In this document: one piece after another, positions 36,588 to 47,600 of the stretch
Layout of the letters: the number at the start of each line of letters is the position of its first letter
How positions within the stretch are numbered: the first letter of the stretch is position 1
From: Amoebophrya sp. A120
Taxonomy: Eukaryota; Protista; Dinoflagellata
Direction of reading: 5' to 3'
Length of the DNA: 64,000 nt
Assembly: GCA_905178155.1 (NCBI GenBank)
Contig: CAJINV010000001.1
Coordinates: 4,550,233-4,614,232 of the forward strand
Notes under the pieces: model-generated
What the model was told of the DNA's origin: nothing
The model's database searches: none
The model's input: the letters and a program-made list of their open reading frames with translations, nothing else
Program-made: the position numbers and the translations under genes

Positions 36588-37820
36588 TTTTGTCCGTTTT
36601 TGTGTCGAGAATATCCAGTCCTAGATCCTCTCCCTGTCAGATGTAAGGAAATGAAGCTCTTATCAGTTGCGTAGGCAGAGCAGAATCATAGTGCTATTCG
36701 TAGGGCATAGTCGTATTCTAAATTTCACAAAATTTAGATCGCATCTATTACTGATCCTTTTTCGATCCTTAACATGATCACACCATTTTCATTCTATCCT
36801 TCATCAGATTTTCAGGATCGACAATTTCGCTTGCTGAACCTTCTGGATCTTGTCAACACGGAATGGCTCTTTGCACAGGTTACTGAATCTGTTCTTTAGT
36901 CACGTCTCGCGTGCCCGCACTGCGATCGATTTATACATGGAATCGTGAGTGATCATTCGCTTTACATCGAAGCGGAAGCTCCGGGAAAATTGTTATCATA
37001 TTCGTGTCCTTCTGGAATGTCGCGTGCGCATTCAGTTTTAGACTATGACTACGTGAGCGAACGGTATGATTTAAACCAATGGCTGATCCATCATCTTGCA
37101 CGGCGTGTCACATGCAATGAAAGAACCTTTTTGACAGATTTGGACCGACCAGTGATCTGATGATCCCCATCTTGGCAAAAATGCTGCACACTGCGATAGA
37201 CGTCACGAGAGGGAACAGTTTGCAGCTTCCAGCAGGTGTGCTGGGTGACAGCAGATGTAGGACACACAAGAATATAGTGATCCGTCATAATCAGCCGACA
37301 TTTAGATCTCCATGACCTCCTGTAGCGGCTCGACAGCGACGAGTGATCCGCATACTACAACAGGTCAAACCTGGCAACAGCAATGAAAATTTGCAGCCAG
37401 TCGAGCATCATGCCGACAGGGCAGCGAGGCATAACAGTGAAACAGGTAAATGTGGCGTTTTGCAAAAAGTGTGGTAGACGGATCGATTGGAAAAGTTTAG
37501 CAATTCTGAAAAGGAGCACGAGACACATCCATCCAAGAGGCATTAAAGTTTCAGAATCTCCTCACTGACTTTGTCTCGCTCAGCAGGAGTCACATTTCGC
37601 AGGGTGTAAAGGCTTGTTGTAGTAGACAGCGGCAGGTCAAAGAGACAGTCACTAGGCTGGCAAAAATGTCGTTAACTAACAACCAAAGAGCCATGAGAAT
37701 CGGGATTACTCTGTTATACCATAAGTAGAAATGTGTGGCCGCGGCAAATAGAGATCTATGAGAGCAATTGGTTTGCGTTTTTCTCCTGCGCTCAAGTACA
37801 TTTGAATATGCCACCAGCAA

Positions 37821-37866
37821 CATCCACGTAGATTTAGATATGCCATCCACGTAGATTTAGATATGC
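37821..37866. repeat. 23-bp perfect tandem duplication
   Basis: CATCCACGTAGATTTAGATATGC occurs twice in tandem in intergenic DNA. Confidence 0.9.
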
Positions 37867-38264
37867 TGGCGCCCGCGAAAAGGCTCTTTAGAAACTTGGA
37901 AAGCGTCCTACGCCTACGATACTGCCTTGCGTAAGTATCTGCAGAAAGTGCGTGGTGTCCCTCCTGTCCTAGTTTATCCAATCAGTCTAAAGATACTCAG
38001 CTAATCTCAATGTCGACAAGTATCGCAGATTGACTCACATGCTCGCGGGTATTCTCTAGGCAGGACACGTCGTAATGTCAGAGATGAAGTAAAACGTGAA
38101 AACCTTTTGCTTCGTTTGCGACTTGAGATCCACATGACAGGATCAGAATAGAAATAGCATAATATTGCGAAGCACTTCTCGTCGTGGCACCGTCTCAGTC
38201 CGTTTCAGACGTGGTCTAAAATTGACGACGTGGTCTACAATTGACTTTCTTGTTCCGGGTACAT

Positions 38265-41200
38265 CTAGAGTCTCCGCGGCTGATCGTCAGCTGGGTTCTC
38301 CGCCCCAAAGAACAACGCGCCGTAATTGTGCGCGGTCCGCGCGTATCCACTGTAAATATGTCTGGGACTGGAAAGGTTCATAGTTCTTTGCTTCTGGTCA
38401 GCTACACAAAACATATACATAAAACTCTGTAATACATACGTCCCAAAAGCTGTTCGCTTTTGGCCACGCTGAGAGGAAATCTCGCAGGCGGAATAGGCAA
38501 TGCAAAGCTTTTACGCAACTTGTGATGCCAGCCCTGCATCCCAGACCTGCTCGGGCATGAAAAAGCTGCGTCACAAACTTCTGCGATCTTCCAGTGCCAA
38601 CCATAAATGTGCATTTGATAGCGCGCTCAGGTTCCCCCGCTGCACGTAATTGTACTCCTTTCTTTTCCCATGCGCAGCCCTGCTCACCTGGTGCGTTGCC
38701 CAGAGCGACCGCGGGTCTCGCTCCCCCGGAAAGTGAAGCCCAAAGAACGCAAACCGTAGGCTTCCGCTGACTATCAAATGCAAAAATGTCTGGGTCTGGA
38801 AGCTTGTAATGCTAAAAGTGGATGATAGACTTAGACGCACTGCAATACGCAGCCACGCATGACAAATTTTATGGCTACCATGTCTTACGTATTCCGCATG
38901 GCAAACGGCGTTTTTACACGACAGGTAGGAGGGCCTTTTTGTGCCTATGCAACACAGATTCAGATTCTCGAGTTATGCCAGACAAGCATGACAAACTTGC
39001 ACTCTTCCAGACCCAGACACTTTTGCATTTGATACTGACCCATCGTGTGGGCTCCTCCAGAACAAAGGAAACGGTGACCGGCTCCTCTTTTCCCTCCGCC
39101 GCCGCGCGCTCGTCGTACACTTGGATGCCGAACGAGATGCGGCGCGCGGTTTGGCGGGGTGGTGACACGGTGGGCGCGAAATGCGCGCCGCCGAGCGGCA
39201 CCAACGCTGGCACGTCTGGAAAGGCCTCCGCGTTCAACGCATAGCGCGCCCGGTTCGGGCCGTAGCGAGTATCTAGAAACTCGCGCACCTCCACGGCGAC
39301 GTCGCGCACCGTCCGTCGGCGCAGAATGTCGCCGAACTCGTATCCCACCCGCAGGGCGAATGGCGTTTTCTCCACCGGAGCGCTGATGGCCGTCCTTTGC
39401 AGCTCGGCGGCGAACGGACCCTCCACGAGCTTGTGCAGAAAGTTGGACACAGAGGGCTGGCTCCAGATTACGGAAACGATGGGCGTCGCGCCAGCCGCTC
39501 CTCCAGCCAGCCTCTGTTGCTCCTGGGCGATAGCCTGCTGGAGAGTACCACTGCATTTTCTACTTGCTCGTGCCGTGCCGCGATTTCTATCGCCATGCGC
39601 AGCCGATTCTGCTGCTTCCATTTCGACGTCCACCGCCGTAGTACTTTTATCCCCGCCCTCCGCTGCTAACACGGACCCGAGCGCCCTTGCGTTTGGCAGC
39701 TGTTCTGTCGCCGTGTGGTTCCCGTCGCTCCCGCTACTGCTCTGACTGAACAGGAACATACAACTGTCCTCCTCCAACATTTCCTGCTTGGTGAGCGGCA
39801 CCGTGTGGTCCCGGGGAGCTTTTTCCAAAGGGCACTCTGTTTCTGGCACTGCCGGGGGGATCAACGGCATCCAAGGCAGTTCCTCCTCATCCTCGTCTGG
39901 CAACGGCAGTAGAGAGGGACTGTACGTCGCTTCCGACCCCGGGGTATGCATTGCAAATATCTTCGACCTGGGTCTGGAAGGTAGAAGACTTGTAGTGCGT
40001 ATCTGGTACCATGGCTGCGAAGTTTGTGTTGATGCGTGTTGCTAAAGAGTATTCCTTTTTTATATTGCAAAAGTGCGATTTCTTATGCGGAATCAATACG
40101 CAAGAACATAGGGCTCCCAAAAAACTTTTCATGCTAGGTGGTTGACTATTGTACTCTATTCATCAGCCACAAATTCGCATGACAACTTCCCAGACCCAGA
40201 CACATTCGCAGTGGATACGGGGCGGAACAACACCGGCTGCTGGTTACCACTGAGTCCAGGTTATCCTGTGTAATAACGTCATGCAAGTCTGCATGCCTAA
40301 AATGATCCTCATGCGCATCCCTACGGAGACCATTTTTCAATGTCATCTGGGTAGAACTCATCATGCTCTACTAAGGATGAGACCATCGCTCTGTGATGCT
40401 GCTTCGCTAGCTCAACGCGATTACTTAAATTACTGGCCCAAACTTGATGTCATGCGTCACAGCCAACACGTGGCACTGTGTGCAGCAGATTATAATCCCC
40501 ATCCTGACTTAGTCAGGCGGGCACGCTTATTTTACACAGGATACAGGTCCGAGGACATTGAGTCGACGTCGTCGCTCGGACTGGTCGGACTCGCGCCCCC
40601 GGCGCCCCACTCACTAGCTGGACTGGCGAACACCGACGCCGAATCCTCGAGAAAGAACGTAGACAGGGAGCTGCCGCTGGCCGTCTTCGCCAGCGTCGTG
40701 CTGACCGCGCTCAAGGCCGGCGAGGGCGCGCTCTTCCGCGCTTCGTCCGCGCTTGCGGTAAATTGGCTCCGGAATGATGAACTCGGCGTTGAACTAGCAC
40801 CACCACCAGCACCTCCTCTACTACCCGGCATCGTCGAGACCGCATCTCCCCTGTTGTACTCTGTCGCCCCAGGGATCGAACTATTGCTCGAAGCCGCCCC
40901 CCCGCCCCGCTGACTAGTGCTGCTCGCAGGCTTCAGGATCTGCCCGGGGGGGGAGGTCAGAAGATCTCTACTGCGGCTCCGGCCACCCGAAGCTGCGCCC
41001 CCTCGGTCCCGTCCGGTGGCTCCCAGCGGCAGCTGCACCTTCCCGTTTGACCTGCTACGCCCTTGTTTGTTCGACGCGCCACCTCCCACGGAAGAAGCGG
41101 ATGAGGCGGAAAGCTGGGCTCCTGATGCAGGCTCCTGTGCGGCAGGAGCAGTACAACTACTTTCTGGTGCGCCGCCGCGCGCTTCGGTGCTTTTACTTCT

Positions 41201-41509
41201 CGAAAATAAATACTCCGATAACAGTGTCGTACTGTCGTACGAAACAACCTGGCCCGCGACCGTGACCACGGGCATCGCGGAGGAGCCGGCGGCGACGTGG
41301 TCCCCAAGTAATCTTTTCTCCGCTTCAAGTTGCACGCCTCGCCCGGTTATTTGCGTGGGATCGACGTCAAACTGCTTCTCACGGTCGCAGCTCAGACCCA
41401 CAAGGACCGTGACCATGGGTGCGGCGTGTGCTCCAGCGGCATCGGACTCGCCTGAGTTCGCGTTGACCTCCTCGCGCTCCGAAGACACGAGGCTTCTGAG
41501 CAAATTCAT
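38265..41509 (-). CDS. Hypothetical protein with a Ser/Gly/Ala-rich low-complexity middle, interrupted by 4 introners
   Basis: ORF 40532-41707, micro-exon 40218-40261, ORF 38914-39951, exon 38621-38771 and a last exon ending at TAG 38265 all join in frame when each element plus one direct repeat is removed. No recognisable family. Start codon uncertain. Confidence 0.65.
38344..38620. mobile_element. TIR introner, family A (diverged)
   Basis: TATCCACTGTAAATATGTCTGGGACTGGAA ... TTCCAGTGCCAACCATAAATGTGCATTTGATA. DR GCGCG. Confidence 0.87.
38772..39034. mobile_element. TIR introner, family A
   Basis: TATCAAATGCAAAAATGTCTGGGTCTGGAAG ... CTTCCAGACCCAGACACTTTTGCATTTGATA. DR CTGAC. Confidence 0.94.
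39945..40217. mobile_element. TIR introner, family A (diverged)
   Basis: TATGCATTGCAAATAT..CTGGGTCTGGAAG ... CTTCCCAGACCCAGACACATTCGCAGTGGATA. DR CGGGG. Confidence 0.88.
40262..40543. mobile_element. TIR introner, singleton I
   Basis: TATCCTGTGTAATAA ... TTATTTTACACAGGATA. DR CAGGT on the plus strand. Confidence 0.87.
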
Positions 41510-42331
41510 CCGCAAACCCGCAACTTCTAGGGACGGAAAGATGACGGATAAGGTAAAAACCTGCCACAGTACAAGCGTCCATGAGAACGGAAGCGCACGG
41601 GTAACAATGATCCTGGACCATGATAGAAATGACAGCCTCATCTCACTTCTCAGTCTTGCTTGGCAAACGGAGATTCGTATCGTTAGACAGAACAAGTAGA
41701 CCAACAACTACTAATATGATGATAGGAGGTCCGCTGCAGGAGAAAAATCAAAATGTAACCACTCGTTATGTTGTAGATTCTTTACAAACCTCCACACGAT
41801 TATTTGATTCAGATTCGGGAAAAGAAGCAAAAAGAGCTTTCGGAGTATGGCAGCAAACTCCCAAACAGCAGGTCTGAGCGAAATGAGGTCAAAGTGAAAC
41901 CAACGGGTTAGCAGGGTTGGATTCGTTATCCTCAACCGCAGCTAGATCGGTATTGAAGCTAAGAAGTGAAATTCCGCTCGAGCTCGAGAATTTTTTCCCG
42001 TCGGACGCAGCACTTTCCATTGCGTGAGCGGCTTAGGCGCACGCGCACGGCACTAGGCACAGGCAGCACGAGGACCACAAAGAAATAAATCGATCAAAAA
42101 GTAGCAACAGGCGATCCTGTTTTCAACATTTTGGGGTAGCGCTCCGAAGCTGAACACACGACCGCGCTGCCTGCCATCTTGGAGTCCACCGATCTGACGG
42201 TTGGCATGTCCGCTTCTTATTCATTGGCGGGCACGACTGCGAAAAAACGATACTCATAGCAGTCTTTTTGCGCATCCATTGCCAAAAGGTGATACATCAA
42301 ACTCGTCTTCTTGCGTCATCGATTACTTGAC

Positions 42332-43019
42332 TCACTTGTCTCCCCGCTTTGTATATGCCTTGCCGCGCATCTTTCCCTTTGCGTACTTTCCGCCACTGCC
42401 CTTCAACGGTGCTATTGTTCCGCGCCCGTAGCCTTGGCCCCGCGCGCCAAACATTGGGCACGAGGCGAGCATGTCAGGGAGGATAAAGTGCCGCACTGAT
42501 TGCCCTCGGACGTAAACCTGTTCATAGAGATGCAACACATCTTTTACTTTTTTGCATTTGAAGTAAACTAAAACAAAAACAAAAAGTTACTGTTCAGATC
42601 ATTTTTGTGGGTAAGTAAATATTAATATTCACGGGATTCTTCATGCATCATCCACCCGTAGGCGTAACAAGTGCACAGGCAATTCCAAAACCGACTCGAG
42701 CTCGCCCCTGATAGATTTGAAAACCAACACACCGGCGCCGGGCTAGAAATACAATCTCGGTGGTCTATCCTATGGGCGATAAAAGAAAATTAATTTCAAC
42801 ATGACATCTTTGCCTTGCGCATTTCAGAAGTACCTGTTCCATGACTGTTACGACGCCATGTTTTGGGTCGACAACAGAGCAGCCCTCCAGCATGCAGTTG
42901 AAATTGTCCTCGCAATGCATCAAATGCCCTCGGAATACCCTGCCATCACGAACCTCGACGGTCACCGTGTGCCCGATAGACTCGTGGAGAATCTTCGCTG
43001 GAATGCCTAGTGACGTCAT
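42332..43019 (-). CDS. SMD3: Small nuclear ribonucleoprotein Sm D3
   Basis: MTSLGIPAKILHESIGHTVTVE..G..FRGHL..CEDNFNC...MEQ|VYVRGQSVRHFILPDML..PMF followed by an RG/K-rich tail. One GT-AG intron (about 42518-42833). A further 3' intron is possible. Confidence 0.93.
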
Positions 43020-44698
43020 TGTCGCTTCTTGTTTATTTCAATGCCCGTTCTTTCCTGCGCAGCAATATCGGCAAGCGACCGCTGTGTGTTCGTGTACTCA
43101 AACTTTTTGTTTATTTTTTCCAGCCGTTTAGACTTCGCCGGTGCTGAAGTTGTCGCTCTAATATTGTTCTTGCTACTGACTGTGGTGGTGTATTGTGGTC
43201 GCCGCCGGATTTTTGTCTACTGTTGAGTCAGTTGTTCCAATTGGCAACTGCTTTCTGGCCACTGGCAATCCCTTGCGATATAGTCGCTTGTTCCTGTACA
43301 GTCGGTCGCGTTGCTGCACCAGAGGCCGATGAGCAGGTCATGTGACGAAACTAAATTAAAATTTCACTACTGATCATACTGTGCGTGTGCTCGCACTTAA
43401 GTATCATAACACACAGTTTCGCAATCGCTTTACACATATTTATACCTCTTCGTCTTCTTGCTTATATTTCTCCTCAAAAATAGTAGTATGGCTAACTAAT
43501 CGCGACAAAATGAAGAGCCTGTCGAAGGTAGAAAAGAAAGAACGATCGAAGAGCAGCTAGCACGAAAAATTGTGCACTTATCAGGGAGTATGCGTGATCT
43601 TCGGGATCGCGTATGAATGGATCCGACAAATTTCCCCGTCGCTTGGGACTTTTTCCGTGATCAAACCACTGCTCAGCAGCCTGAACTGATAATCGAGAGC
43701 CGAGCATCCGCTTCATGCGAACAAAGCCTTATCCTTACCCTTAGTTCCTATTTTTAATTGAATTTCGTAAAAAAAAAAAGAACAAGACCAATGTGACCGT
43801 CCAGCTAAATGCCTCTACACCAGATGAGCACTGGCAAGGCGCGGTGCTGTACTGCACCCGGCTTTGTTCCTCGAGTGATTCATTTTGTAACCCCTTTTGT
43901 TTAAAAGACGTCGCAAAATGCGACTTCTCGGATCTAGGCTTTTGAGTTCTCCCATTTTTATAACTTTTCTCAGAAGTTCAAACTTTACAGTGTTAGGCTC
44001 TAACAGAATAAAATAAATCTTATGCATTTTATTAGTCATCATGACATAGTCTTCGCCTCTAGAAGAGACGTGCTAGTGTTTGTAGTTCTGAATAAAACAA
44101 ATCTGTGCAATTGAAACCTATATTTTGAATCTAGTCTGATAAAACTCGATCTGAAGAAAGAGAGTTATTTTTTGCATTAAAAATAATTCTCTTTGGGTAT
44201 TAAACTATTTGTGTCTGAACAAGAATCCGTGACAAATAGAGTTCTTCCTCTGTCTGATCTTAGTATTTCCAGGGTAACTGTATCTGTAAAATTCAAATTT
44301 TAGAAACGAAATTTGTCTGTAAACTGTAAACTTGCTAAAGTGTGAGCATCTCACATTTGACATTTTTCAGAAAGGCAAAAGGGTATTCTCGGACGGTGGT
44401 AGAAACAGGTCTAATTCTTTGGGGTAGAAGAAACAGGAGGAATTAGAAAAGTATGGTAGGGTGGAGTTCTGAGTTCTGTCAAACCGTAAGAGATGGACCA
44501 CGCTTTTTTTCTAGTTGAAACACTTTTCTGAAACCTTGTCGACTGTGCTTGCGTCTTTTCGTAGTTTTCTTAATTCTTTCAACAAGCACACCTTCTGATG
44601 TTCATCTCTAACATTGTTGTACCAGTTGCACCAGTTGTCGCTTTTCCCAGGCAAAAGTTTGTCCCCTTACTTTCATCTTCCCTACTTGCTACTTAGTC

Positions 44699-47600
44699 TT
44701 AATCGTCGGTCTGCGAGATCATAGCGACACCACGCTTGGTCCAGAAGTTCTCGCTGTGGCCCTGGGCGTAGTCGACCGGCATGTACATAAACATGATGAA
44801 GTTGGAACTGTGTCCGGATGTGGACAGCACCCCGCGCCGGTCGCTGCACTTGTATATCCAATGCAAAAATGTCTGGGTCTGGAAGAGTCATGCTGTTTTT
44901 GCATGACACTGAAGGTCTGCCATGGAAGCTCTAGCATCACAGGCTTCGAGAAGCTTCCGCAATGCCGAATCCGCATGACAAATGCCCCACTTTGGTGACA
45001 GATAGTTGGCAGCTTTTGCTGCCTATGCATGAGAGATTTTTTTGTGTTGTGGAATGCGCATCACAAGTTTGCATTCTTCCAGACCCAGACATATTTGCAA
45101 TCCATATTGTACACCGGGTTGGCGTACATCTGGTTGTACACGTGTTCGTCCTTGTCTTTTTCGTTCGGCTTCAGCCAAATCAGGGGCACTGTGGACCACA
45201 GTACCTTCGGGAAGGAGTCCTGCAGCGTCATGGTGTCGTCCTCCCACCTGGCGCCCTGCATGTACAGGCCGCGGATGTAGCTACCCTTCTCCGGTTCCGC
45301 CGGATCGGTGTCGGTGGACGCCAGGGTTTCAAAGTTCCACATCAGCTTATCGATGGCGATGCTCGCGCCGCGCGCGAAATTCTGGAGCACACCGGTCAGG
45401 TAGGCCTGTTGGAAGAAGAAGGCCGAGAACCAGAACACTGTCGGGGCACCTGCAATAGTGATAGTATTCAAGTTGTCTTCGCTAGTATTAATAACCTCAT
45501 ACACTGCATTCTCCCATCGGCACTGCTTGCCTGTATGCATGTTCGTTGTTGACAAAGGAGCAGCAACTCTGCTCTGAGAAAGCGTTGTTCCCATAGACAG
45601 ACGAAACAGTGGCTGCAGAGAAAATGAAAATGAAAATGCTTGTCGACGCAAAGGAAATGTTGAAGAATTTAACATTATTAACCCGGGCAAAAATGAGGAC
45701 TGCGCAAATTATTTAATATCGTGGTCCCTAGTACCTTGCTTGATCCAGTCGTCCATGAATTTGAGCCTGTCCATGAAGTCGAAGACGTAGCTCATGGCGG
45801 GCTTCAGACTTGGATAACTGACGCCCAACCATGGTGGTGGGATGGTGTTCGTGAGGAAACCGCTGGCCACCGCCTCGAGTTCCGGCGAGAAGATGACCAA
45901 CCCCTTGGCCGCTTTCCCCAGGTTCACGCACGTGTCTTTCACCTTGTCGTAAAGCTTGATAAACTTGATCAACTCGTTCAGCAGCACCGTGTTCAGACAC
46001 TGGTCGTACTTGACCGGGTATTTTCTCCCGACCGCGCCCAAGTCAAACGCCTCGGGCATCAACGTGATCACCTGCTCGGCCAGGTTGCAGTACCGCTGCT
46101 CGTATCAAATGCAAATATGTCTGGGTCTGGAAAAGTGCAACGTTTGTCATGCACGTTTTGCATGACGCGTGAGGTCTATGATGCATGCCCTAGCATCACA
46201 GATTCTGTGAGATCTTTTCCATGCCTTTTCCGCATGAGAAACTGCCTCTCGGCCTTCTCAAAAGTGAACAGCTTTATTGGTAATCATGAAAAACAGATTT
46301 CTGTATGATTCAGATTTAGCATGACAAGTTGTACTCTTCCAGACCGAGACATATTTGCAATGCATAGCTCGGGCGTTTCCGCCTTGGCCCCCTCGTCTTC
46401 GTCGTCGCCGCCGCCGCCGCCACCGAACGAAGACATCAGGAGGAGCGCGTTCTTTAGCATGGAAATACCTGTTGGGTGGAATTTCGGAAGCAGTCGTTTC
46501 GGAAGAGAGATTCGATTGATCTATCGCTGCGACTCGCCCGACTTCTAAGCGCTGCAGCACAAAACGACTTATCGTCCATTCTCGGCATCTTTATCGCCGC
46601 TCGTCTTCATCAGCGTCAGGGTCAGCGTCAGCCCCCGACGGGCTCAGTAGGAATAGTATTGAAATTGATATAGATATTGAAGTTGATAAACAGAAAAAAA
46701 TAAACCTTTTTACCTTCGTTGATCGCCGCTGTGAGACTTGCGTTGGGGTGGAGCCAGAACACCTCGGGGGTGTGGTTCAACGGCAGACTTTCGACGTAGT
46801 CTAGGTGCTCCTTGATGGTGTTGGCAGTGGGCGAGTAGTAGATGCCGGAAATCGAGAACTTGTAGTCGTCTTCTAGGATCTTCGGTGTGTAGAAATCCTT
46901 GATGATCTCGACCTGTAGAGTGTGTTTTGTTTCTGTCACTCCATTTTTCGGTGCAGTCCGCATCAATGTATAAAACGAGCCTGCAACAGTTTGGGAACTT
47001 CGTTGACATTCGTCTTCTTCTTTTTTTCGTTTTCACATGCATCCTGCTCGAAATGAAAAAAATTATACGATAAGCCTCCTGTCCTGGCCATCTGTGACAC
47101 GACCACCGTAGTTTGCCTCGGCGACCATGTAGTTCAAAGCCGCATAGGGAATGTCGCTGAAGTCCTCGATGAAGTTGCGCAGTTGTTTCTGCGAAATGTC
47201 CAAATCTGGCTCGGAGAATCCGTAAGCCACGTTCCACCCGATGGGCCCAAAAGCGCGGCGCTCTAAGACAAGACCGTGAAAGAAGCAGAGCCCGAAAAGC
47301 AGCTTCTTGAAGGTCGTTGGCTTGGTCGAACTCTCGAACCACTCCTCGTCCATGCCTGATAATGAAATGTTTTGCTGTGATCCGCCATTTTTTCACGGGG
47401 TGCACTGGCTTGTGGCAACAGCACGAGCTGTTGTCGGAAAACGTCGTCGGAAAACATAAAAGTGTTTACAAAAAAAAATCTAATTTCGTACCGCGGTAGG
47501 CGCGTTGGAGCGAGTTCCTCAACCCCTTTGGTGGTTCGATGGTCATCTTGATTCCGCCTTGCAAAACGGCAATCGGGAAATCTGGAGATGGGCACGCGGT

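Noticed and set aside
36700-38260. Possible extra gene or transposon remnant between RPL34 and the hypothetical gene
   Set aside because: Only short ORFs without motifs or exon-like codon bias.
15081-46366. Dispersed repeats of about 30 bp as a CRISPR array
   Set aside because: They are inverted pairs at element ends in eukaryotic genes, not regularly spaced direct repeats, and there are no cas genes.
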